From an uncultured Spartobacteria bacterium (GTDB lineage Bacteria; Verrucomicrobiota; Verrucomicrobiia; Chthoniobacterales; Chthoniobacteraceae): DNA of 44,203 bases. Below, one piece after another: positions 1 through 6,980 of the stretch. Every line of letters starts with the position of its first letter. Positions within the stretch are counted from its first letter, which is position 1. Under the pieces are notes generated by a model. The model did no database searches and was not told the DNA's origin. It worked only from the letters and a program-made list of their open reading frames with translations. Location: positions 1-44,203 of the forward strand of contig CAIYQA010000444.1 in assembly GCA_903928175.1 (NCBI GenBank), read 5' to 3'. Position numbers and translations under genes: made by a program.

Positions 1-162
1 CTTCATCCGGGCAATCGCGGCGATGCTCTCATATTTGGCTTGGCGGATCGCCGCAGCCTGCGTTTGGTAGTACCAATACCCGGCACCTAAAAGAGCCAGG
101 GCGATGAAAAGGAATGCCGCGACAAAAGTCCGGCGGACGATGCGGAGTTTCGGAGGGGTCAT
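1..162 (-). CDS. 5' fragment (54 codons) of a membrane-anchored protein; gene continues beyond the left edge
   Basis: ATG is the reverse complement of 160-162 and the frame stays open to base 1. Translation is MTPPKLRIVRRTFVAAFLFIALALLGAGYWYYQTQAAAIRQAKYESIAAIARMK: a basic N-terminus, then one hydrophobic helix. It is missing from the ORF track only because it has no in-window stop. Function not assignable. Confidence 0.45.
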   Translation of the reverse strand, partial: MTPPKLRIVRRTFVAAFLFIALALLGAGYWYYQTQAAAIRQAKYESIAAIARMK

Positions 163-368
163 GGCTCTCGCTGGGTCTGGATATATTGGGGGGAAAAGGC
201 AACTGCGCAGGGGGTTGGGAAATCCCTGCGGATACCCTGGACATCCGCGAGGACTCCCGCACCTCACACCGGTGCCGCAAATTTATAAAGGAATCCCCTA
301 AATATCAATCATTATCCCCCAAAGCGGACTCACTGCGGAGCTTTGGCGCTGGCGGATGCGGGGCAGAT

Positions 369-396
369 TGAACATCCCCCATTCCGCACTGTCTTA
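369..396 (+). promoter_or_regulatory. Candidate ECF-type promoter (tGAAC-N17-GTCtta) upstream of the peptidase/sigma block
   Basis: Sequence is tgaacatcccccattccgcactgtctta. GAAC (370-373) and GTC (391-393) are 17 nt apart, which fits the generic ECF -35 GAAC / -10 (C)GTC architecture. It ends 28 nt before the ATG at 424. Motif match only. Confidence 0.3.
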
Positions 397-423
397 TTTT
401 TCGATTCCTCCTAGAGTATTATT

Positions 424-1113
424 ATGTTCACCATATCCATTGTCTTGATCGTCATCGCGCTGGTGCTGGGGCTCTGGGCCCAGTTCCGGGTAAAAAGCGC
501 GTTTGAAAAGTATTCCCAAATTGGGATTTCCGCGGATATGACTGGGGCCGACGTGGCCCGGGCAATTCTTGTCGCCGCGAATATCCGGGACGTGGAGGTT
601 GCCGAGATCGACGGCGTGCTGGGCGATCATTACGACCCGGCCGCCAAGCGGCTCTGTCTTTCGAGCGAGGTCTATCGCACCCCTTCGGTGGCGGCGGCGG
701 GCATTGCGGCGCACGAAACCGGCCACGCGATCCAGCATGCCCGGGGGTACGCTCCGTTGCAGGCCCGCATGGCGGTGGTGCCGGTCACCCAGTTCACCTC
801 GCAACTGCTGCCCTTTATCATGTTTGGCGGGTTTTTCTTTCACCTGATTCCGGGCCAGTTGGCCATCAACCTGGCCGCGCTCTGTTACGGGGTGCTGACC
901 GTGTTTCAATTGATCACCCTGCCCGTGGAGTTTGATGCCTCCCGCCGGGCCAAAATCATCCTCGGCCAGATGGGGATTATCCAACCGGGCGCGGAAGCGT
1001 TGGGGGTGGACCGCGTGCTCAACGCGGCGGCCCTCACCTATCTCGCCGCGTTTGTCTCCTCGCTGGGCTGGCTCTTGTACTTCCTCTCCCTTGGAAACCG
1101 CCGCAACGATTAA
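424..1113 (+). CDS. Membrane-bound neutral zinc metallopeptidase, YugP-like (COG2738 / Zn_peptidase_2 type)
   Basis: 229 aa. N-terminal TM helix (MFTISIVLIVIALVLGLWAQF), HExxH motif in GIAAHETGHAIQH, and C-terminal hydrophobic helices. The layout is typical of the YugP family. Confidence 0.8.
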   Translation: MFTISIVLIVIALVLGLWAQFRVKSAFEKYSQIGISADMTGADVARAILVAANIRDVEVAEIDGVLGDHYDPAAKRLCLSSEVYRTPSVAAAGIAAHETGHAIQHARGYAPLQARMAVVPVTQFTSQLLPFIMFGGFFFHLIPGQLAINLAALCYGVLTVFQLITLPVEFDASRRAKIILGQMGIIQPGAEALGVDRVLNAAALTYLAAFVSSLGWLLYFLSLGNRRND

Positions 1114-1130
1114 CTTTGGCAATGTTGTTG

Positions 1131-1163
1131 CCGGATTGCCGGAAAAACTGTTAGGCAATCCGG
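1131..1163 (+). other. Perfect 10-bp stem-loop ending 2 nt before the sigma-factor start codon
   Basis: ccggattgcc (1131-1140) / 13-nt loop / ggcaatccgg (1154-1163), with the ATG at 1166. A second small hairpin, ggcaa-tgttg-ttgcc (1118-1132), overlaps it by 2 nt. Confidence 0.5.
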
Positions 1164-1165
1164 TG

Positions 1166-1750
1166 ATGACCGACGAACCCGCGCCGAACGAAGACGCCCG
1201 GCTGGTCGCCCGCACGCAAGCGGGCGATCCGGCGGCGTTTGACGTGCTCGTGGTCAAATATTCCCCCCGCCTCTACGGATTGGTCTATAACATGACCTCC
1301 AACCACGAGGACACCAACGATCTCCTCCAGGACGTGTTCGCAAAGGCTTACCGATCCATCGGGGGATTCCGGGGCAACTCCGCCTTTTATACCTGGATTC
1401 ACTCGATCGCGGTGAATATGACGATCAATTTCCTCAAAAAACGGGGTCGCCGCCTGACCATGAGCCTGGACGACATGGACTCGGGGGTGGAGCACGACAA
1501 GGATTTTATCGAGATGACCTCCTCCACGAATCCCGTGCGGGAAGCCAATCTGAGCGAACTGCAAATCAGATTGAACGAGGCCATGATGAAACTGTCTTAC
1601 GACCATAGAGCCGTGGTAACCATGTTTGACATTCAAGGGATGCCTCACGCCGAAATCGCCAAGATCCTGGGCGTTTCGGAAGGGACTGTGCGTTCCCGGC
1701 TTTTCTACGCTCACCGTCAGTTGCAAAATTATCTGGAGGAATTCCATTAA
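1166..1750 (+). CDS. ECF (sigma-70 family, group 4) RNA polymerase sigma factor
   Basis: Internal ATG of track ORF 932..1750, chosen at MTDEPAPNED. Region 2 is DLLQDVFAKAYRSIGGFRGNSAFYTWIHSIAVNMTINFLKKR. Region 4 HTH is MPHAEIAKILGVSEGTVRSRLFYAHRQL. GTG at 1163 is an alternative start. Confidence 0.9.
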   Translation: MTDEPAPNEDARLVARTQAGDPAAFDVLVVKYSPRLYGLVYNMTSNHEDTNDLLQDVFAKAYRSIGGFRGNSAFYTWIHSIAVNMTINFLKKRGRRLTMSLDDMDSGVEHDKDFIEMTSSTNPVREANLSELQIRLNEAMMKLSYDHRAVVTMFDIQGMPHAEIAKILGVSEGTVRSRLFYAHRQLQNYLEEFH

Positions 1751-1754
1751 ACCT

Positions 1755-2270
1755 ATGTCCCTAGACGACCAGACGCTTTCCACGCTTTTGCGGCTCAAAC
1801 GTTTCGAACAGCCGCCTCCCGGCTATTTCGATGATTTTCTGCGGGAATTCCAAAGCCGCCAGCGGAAGGAATTGCTCCGGCGTCCGGTTTGGAGCCTTGC
1901 CTGGGACCGGTTGGAAGCGTTCTGGTTTCACACCTTCACCGTCGCCCGGCTCTCCTACGCAACCGCGAGCCTTGCTGTGCTTTGCATCGCCGGGGCGCTG
2001 ACGTTCAACATGCTCCAGAATCCCGGCAGCAGCGTGCGCGCTTCCGCGGAAATCCTGGCCGCCAATGCCACGCACGCCCCGGTTGTCCAACCCGCCATGC
2101 AGGTTGCTTCGGCTCCGCGGGCCCGCACGATCAATGCCGCGCTTTCCCCCCAAATCCGTATTCCGGACGGGATGTTGGATGCCTCGGTCGCGCCCGTGGC
2201 GAGCGGGCAGCACCCGCGCTATATCCTCGACACGCGTCCGGTCAGCTATGAGCCGCCTTTCAGCTTCTAA
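1755..2270 (+). CDS. Putative anti-sigma factor (single-pass membrane protein)
   Basis: ATG lies 4 nt after the sigma stop. 171 aa with a cytoplasmic N-terminus (MSLDDQTLSTLLRLKRFEQPPPGYFDDFLREF), one TM helix (LSYATASLAVLCIAGALTF) and an extracytoplasmic tail. There is no HxxxCxxC zinc motif. The call rests on position and topology only. Confidence 0.45.
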   Translation: MSLDDQTLSTLLRLKRFEQPPPGYFDDFLREFQSRQRKELLRRPVWSLAWDRLEAFWFHTFTVARLSYATASLAVLCIAGALTFNMLQNPGSSVRASAEILAANATHAPVVQPAMQVASAPRARTINAALSPQIRIPDGMLDASVAPVASGQHPRYILDTRPVSYEPPFSF

Positions 2271-3297
2271 ATTGCTGGCGCTCGTCGCTTTTTGGGGTGC
2301 GCTGGCGCTCGCGTCGCCCGTGTTTGCCGGACCCGTGGCTGATTCGCTTTCCACGGAAGTCCGCGACGTTTTTGAACGGTGCAAGGGAGCGGTCGTCAAA
2401 GTGGAGGCCACCGATAACACCGGGCAACTCTGCGGCACCGGGTTTTTCATTGATCCCAACGGCACCCTGCTTACCTCCTATTCTGTTGGAGGCGAGAGCC
2501 GTGATTTCTTCGTCATTTTACCCGATAAAACCCGGATGGCGGCGCGCCTTTTGATTGCCGACCCCCGCGCTGGCATCGCGATGCTCAAGGCGGAGAACGT
2601 TCCGTGCGGCACCCCGTTTCTGCCGCTGGCCAAACCGGGGGAACTCGCTGTCGCCACTCCGGTCGTCGCCGTCGCGTATCCCATGGACATGCCGCTCACG
2701 CCGAGCTTCGGCATGATTGCCGGATTGGATCTCAAATACCTGGGCCGTTATTTCGCCACGACTCACATCCGGGCCAGCGTCCCGGTGCAACGCGGCCAGG
2801 GCGGCGCGCCGCTGCTCAACATGCAGGGGGAAGTCCTCGGCGTCATCATCAGCAGTATCGACAACGGCTCCGCCTGCTTCGCCATCCCCGCCGAGGCGGT
2901 GGAAAAAGTCCATCGCGACTACGACCGCTACGGCGCGGTGCGTCCCGGCTGGCTCGGCGTGATTGTTCGCGCGGCGACGAACGGCACCCAGGGGTCCACC
3001 GCCGAGGTCGAACGCCTCGAAACCGGCGCACCGGCCATCAAGGCCGGATTATTACCTGGCGATATTCTTTTGAAGATCGGCGCAATCGCCATCAAATCGC
3101 CTCAGGACGTATTGAACGCCTCGTTTTTTCTCACCGCCGGGGAAAGCATCCCCGTGGTCGTCTGGCGCGGCGACAAGGAGCTCACCTTCCAGGCCGAACC
3201 GGCCGAACGGTCCACCTGCGAATACCGCATCCCTGGTCTCCAGGCGATTCCGACCTCCTCCGCCAACAACGAGGATATTACCTTGCGGCTGAGGTAG
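2248..3297 (+). CDS. Secreted HtrA/DegP-fold protein with C-terminal PDZ domain; catalytic triad not conserved (predicted pseudoprotease)
   Basis: Start chosen at MSRLSASKLLALVAFWGALALASPVFAGP (signal peptide); it overlaps the upstream gene by 23 nt. Trypsin-fold blocks align to E. coli DegP as I recall it. GTGFFIDPNGTLLTSYSV matches GSGVIIDADKGYVVTNNHV (His->Ser). DPRAGIAMLK matches DPRSDIALIQ (Asp->Gly). QRGQGGAPLLN matches NRGNSGGALVN (Ser->Gly). The PDZ region includes APAIKAGLLPGDILLKIG. Confidence 0.8.
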   Translation: MSRLSASKLLALVAFWGALALASPVFAGPVADSLSTEVRDVFERCKGAVVKVEATDNTGQLCGTGFFIDPNGTLLTSYSVGGESRDFFVILPDKTRMAARLLIADPRAGIAMLKAENVPCGTPFLPLAKPGELAVATPVVAVAYPMDMPLTPSFGMIAGLDLKYLGRYFATTHIRASVPVQRGQGGAPLLNMQGEVLGVIISSIDNGSACFAIPAEAVEKVHRDYDRYGAVRPGWLGVIVRAATNGTQGSTAEVERLETGAPAIKAGLLPGDILLKIGAIAIKSPQDVLNASFFLTAGESIPVVVWRGDKELTFQAEPAERSTCEYRIPGLQAIPTSSANNEDITLRLR

Positions 3298-3395
3298 TGA
3301 GGTCTTGTGCGGAATAGCCGTACAATTGATCGGCTTTACCGAACAAATCGCGCGGTTTCCCTCGTTCCCAAGCTCCAGCTTGGGGACGCACCTTT

Positions 3396-3601
3396 CCTGA
3401 GCGCCAACGGCGCGGCTCCATACCAGCCTGGGGCAACGCCCCAGGACCCGGAGTGAAAAAACGCCAGGGCTGAAGGCCCGCACCATCTTTCGCGATGGTT
3501 ATGGTGCGGGCCTTCAGCCCTCATGATTTGCCGCGAAAATTCCTGGGCCTGCGCTTCGCTCCAGCCCAGGCTGGTATGGAACCGCGCCTTTGGCGCTCAG
3601 G
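3396..3601. repeat. Nested-palindrome intergenic element (family A, copy 1)
   Basis: Outer 36-nt arms at 3396-3431 and 3566-3601 have 2 mismatches. The inner perfect 20-bp inverted repeat is gggctgaaggcccgcaccat (3467-3486) / atggtgcgggccttcagccc (3501-3520). There is also a small hairpin cctgggg-caacg-ccccagg (3428-3446). It shares long strings with 43687-43875. Confidence 0.85.
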
Positions 3602-3716
3602 AAAACACCGCCCTCGCATTCAAAGAGTCTGAGCATTTGTGAGAGGTGGCATTTGTGAGATGCACCGGATGTTTTCCTCCCTCCGGGCTGGCATCTCCTG
3701 TCCCTTTTGTATAAGA

Positions 3717-6700
3717 ATGGGACTACACTCTCCCGTGAACGGCCTCTTCCTCCATACCGGCAACCGGCTTGAAATGCTGGCGGCGGAACTGGCTGCCGTG
3801 ATGGCGCAGCCGCTCGCCTCGCCCTTCACTCCGGAGATCGTGATGGTGCAAAGCCTCGGGATGCGCCGCTGGCTCTCGCTACAACTCGCGGAGCATCTCG
3901 GCATCTGCATGAACGCCGCGTTCCCCTTCCCCCGCACTTTTCTCGACGAGACGTTGCGGCGGCTCGTGCCGGAGATGGCCCCGGCGGATGCCTTCGCGCC
4001 GGATTTGCTGACGTGGAAAATCCACCGGCTGCTCCCGGCGCTGCTGCGCCGCCCCGAGTTCGCCCCGGTGAGCGCGTATGCTGGAGACGGCGACGGACTC
4101 AAGCTCTACCAACTGGCCACGCGCCTCGCGGGAATATTCGATCAATACCTGGTTTACCGGCCCGCGATGCTGCTGGAATGGGAGCGCGCGCGGCCCGGCG
4201 ATTTGCTCAAGCTCAAGGCCAACGCCGCCTGGCAGGCAACGCTGTGGCGCGAGTTGAATCGGGAACAGGCGCTCCACTTCGGCGCGGTGGTTGAGCGTTT
4301 GCAACAGAATCGTTTTGATTCCAACGCGCAGTGGCCAGAGCGGGTGTCGATCTTTGGGATCGCTTCGCTTCCCCCGGCGCAGATGGAAGTGTTTTTCGCA
4401 CTCGCCGCACACTTGCCCGTCCACCTCTTCCTGCTTGCTCCGTCGCGCGAATACCACGCCGATGATTGGACGCCCAAGCAGCGCGCCCGGCGCGGCCTGG
4501 AGCCCTTGGGCGAAGGCCATCCGCTGCTCACTTCGCTGGGCAAACTCAACGCGCAGTTCACAAACCTGCTGCTCGAAGCGGATGAGCGCGCGGGGCATCG
4601 CCTATCGGATGCCCGGGAGCATTTTGTGGAACCGTCTGGCGCAACGCTGCTACACGGCCTCCAGCGGGATATTTTGCTGGCGCAAAGCCGGGGGGCGCTC
4701 ACGGAATTGCCGCCGCAATGCATCGCGCCCGATGACACCTCCTTGCAACTCCACGTCTGCCATTCGCCGATGCGCGAGGTGGAGATTCTTTACGATCAAC
4801 TCCTGGCGTTGCTGGCCGAAGAGCCGTCGTTGCGGCCGCGCGACATCCTCGTGATGACACCGGAAATCGAGCGGTACGCGCCGTTGATCCACGCGGTCTT
4901 CGGCTGCCCGGAAGACGCGGCGTTGCGCATCCCTTACAGCATCGCCGACCGCCAACCGCGCAGCGACAGCCCTGCGATTCACACCTTCCTGAGCCTGCTG
5001 GAATGCGTCGGAACACGCTTCACCGCGCCGGAGGGATTCGCGCTGCTGCAAAGCCCGGTGTTCCGCCAAAAATACGGGTTCGATGACGCGGAACTCGCGC
5101 GCCTGCGGCATTGGATTCACGAGAGCGGCATCCGCTGGGGCATTGACGCCGCACACCGCGCCGCGCTGGGGTTGCCGGATTTTGCGGAAAACACGTGGCG
5201 GCACGGGATCGATCGGCTGCTGCTGGGCTACGCGATGCCGGGCGCAAACCGGACGCTGTTTGAAGGGATCCTCCCGCAAGACGACGTGGAGGGCGGCGAT
5301 GCAGAATTGCTCGGGCGTTTTGTCGCGGCGATGGAAAGTGTTTTCGCGGCCCTGGCGCTGCTGGATACGCCCCGGAAGCTCGGGGACTGGCCGGGTGCTT
5401 TGCGGGAGGTTATCGATGCGCTTTTTGGCGAAGAGGAGGGCGATGCAGCCCGCGATGTGCGTACGTTGCGCGAGGCGGTGGATCGGCTCGAACGCATTGC
5501 GCAAGCCGCTGGGCCGGAGCAAAGGGTGGAGTTCCCTGCTCTGCGCGAGCATCTTGCAGGGTTGATGGGCGAGGCGGAACAGCGCGGCGGATTCCTCCGT
5601 GGCGGCGTGACTTTCTGCGCGCTCAAGCCGATGCGCAGCATTCCCGCGCGGGTGATCTGGCTGATGGGAATGAACGAGGCGATCTTCCCGCGTCGCACAC
5701 AGCCCCCGCAATTCGATCTGATCAGCTCGGAGCCCCAACCCGGCGACCGCTCGCCGCGCGACGATGACCGCTACCTCTTTCTTGAAGCGCTGCTCTCCGC
5801 CCGCGACCAGTTGCGCATCAGCCACGTGGGACGTTCGGTGGTCAATCCCGACAAACTCCCGCCATCTGTGGTCGTAAGTGAATTGCTCGATTACCTGGAT
5901 CAATCGTGCGTGTTCCCGGAACATGAGAACGCCCGAAATTTTTTGACCGTCGAACACCGACTCCACGCGTTTGCCCGCAGCTACTTTGAACCCGGCGGGC
6001 GGCTCTTCAGCTACTCTGCCGCGAATGCCTCGGCGGCTGGTGCCGTGAGGGGGATTGCGGCAGTGCCGTTCCTGAGCGGGCCGCTTTCGGAACCGGAGGC
6101 GGAAGCGCGCAATGTGGAACTCGCCGACCTGCTCGCGTTTGTCGTGAATCCCGCCGCGTTTTTTTTGCGTCGGCGGCTGGGCATCCGGTTGGATGAAAGC
6201 GATCCTACGTTGGAAGAAACCGAACCGCTCTCGCCCGACGCCCTGCAACTCCATAAAGTTTGTGGTGAGCTTTTTGACTCCCGGATTTCGGGCGTGCCCC
6301 CTCCCGGTGACGCGGCCCTCTTCGCCCGCGCCTTGCTGCCGCCCGGAAGCTTGGGCGCAAACTATTACTTGGCAAGGGATGCCTCCGCAAAAGCGCTCGC
6401 ATCCACCCTCACCCGGCTCCTCGCCACCACGACACGCGATGAGCCTCGCGTGATTGATCTGCGCCTTGGCACTTTCACGCTCACGGGACGCATCGAGGCG
6501 CTCTATCAAGGGCGGCTCGCATTTTTCCGGCCCGCGAAGTTGAAAGCCAAGGACCGTCTTCGCGCCTGGACCGCGCACCTCGCCTGGACCGCGCACCTCG
6601 CCTGGTGCGCCGCCTGCGAGGCAGTCCCGCCGCCCACGCTCCTGGCCGGGGACGGGGAGGCCGTGCAGTTCGCACCTCAACCGCAGGCGCAACTCGAAGC

Positions 6701-6980
6701 GCTGCTGGAACTTTACTGGCGCGGACTGCAAGCGCCGCTCCCGTTTTTCCCGAGCGCTTCGCTGGAGTTCGCCGCAACGCAGGACAAGAAAGGCGCGCCA
6801 CTGGAGCGGGCCCGCGCGATCTGGCGCGGTAACATGCGCGCCAAAGGTGAAGGCGACGAGGCGGCCTTCCGGCTTTGTTTCGGCGGCGCGGAAGCGGATC
6901 CGCTCGACGAGGAATTTGAACGGCTCGCCCTTGCCATTTATGCGCCCCTGCTGGACGCGGAGGAACCCGCCACCACGTGA
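3717..6980 (+). CDS. recC: Exodeoxyribonuclease V gamma subunit RecC
   Basis: Start chosen at MGLHSPVNGLFLHTGNRLEMLAAELA, an internal ATG of track ORF 3639..6980. The N-terminus LFLHTGNRLEMLA...EIVMVQSLGMRRWLSLQLAEHLGICMNAAFPFP matches the RecC N-terminal signature. About 1087 aa. Followed directly by recB and recD. Confidence 0.9.
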   Translation: MGLHSPVNGLFLHTGNRLEMLAAELAAVMAQPLASPFTPEIVMVQSLGMRRWLSLQLAEHLGICMNAAFPFPRTFLDETLRRLVPEMAPADAFAPDLLTWKIHRLLPALLRRPEFAPVSAYAGDGDGLKLYQLATRLAGIFDQYLVYRPAMLLEWERARPGDLLKLKANAAWQATLWRELNREQALHFGAVVERLQQNRFDSNAQWPERVSIFGIASLPPAQMEVFFALAAHLPVHLFLLAPSREYHADDWTPKQRARRGLEPLGEGHPLLTSLGKLNAQFTNLLLEADERAGHRLSDAREHFVEPSGATLLHGLQRDILLAQSRGALTELPPQCIAPDDTSLQLHVCHSPMREVEILYDQLLALLAEEPSLRPRDILVMTPEIERYAPLIHAVFGCPEDAALRIPYSIADRQPRSDSPAIHTFLSLLECVGTRFTAPEGFALLQSPVFRQKYGFDDAELARLRHWIHESGIRWGIDAAHRAALGLPDFAENTWRHGIDRLLLGYAMPGANRTLFEGILPQDDVEGGDAELLGRFVAAMESVFAALALLDTPRKLGDWPGALREVIDALFGEEEGDAARDVRTLREAVDRLERIAQAAGPEQRVEFPALREHLAGLMGEAEQRGGFLRGGVTFCALKPMRSIPARVIWLMGMNEAIFPRRTQPPQFDLISSEPQPGDRSPRDDDRYLFLEALLSARDQLRISHVGRSVVNPDKLPPSVVVSELLDYLDQSCVFPEHENARNFLTVEHRLHAFARSYFEPGGRLFSYSAANASAAGAVRGIAAVPFLSGPLSEPEAEARNVELADLLAFVVNPAAFFLRRRLGIRLDESDPTLEETEPLSPDALQLHKVCGELFDSRISGVPPPGDAALFARALLPPGSLGANYYLARDASAKALASTLTRLLATTTRDEPRVIDLRLGTFTLTGRIEALYQGRLAFFRPAKLKAKDRLRAWTAHLAWTAHLAWCAACEAVPPPTLLAGDGEAVQFAPQPQAQLEALLELYWRGLQAPLPFFPSASLEFAATQDKKGAPLERARAIWRGNMRAKGEGDEAAFRLCFGGAEADPLDEEFERLALAIYAPLLDAEEPATT

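Noticed and set aside
29-371. Track ORFs 29..280 (-), 104..301 (+) and 114..371 (+)
   Set aside because: They overlap one another and the better-supported truncated minus-strand gene (1-162). Their composition is Arg/Pro/Gly-rich with no motifs.
3336-3524. Short ORFs lying within palindromic repeats (also 3052..3486, 43654..43953, 43787..43990, 43950..44180, 38853..39416)
   Set aside because: They run through inverted-repeat DNA, recur in both orientations, and are explained by the repeat elements. There is no independent coding evidence.
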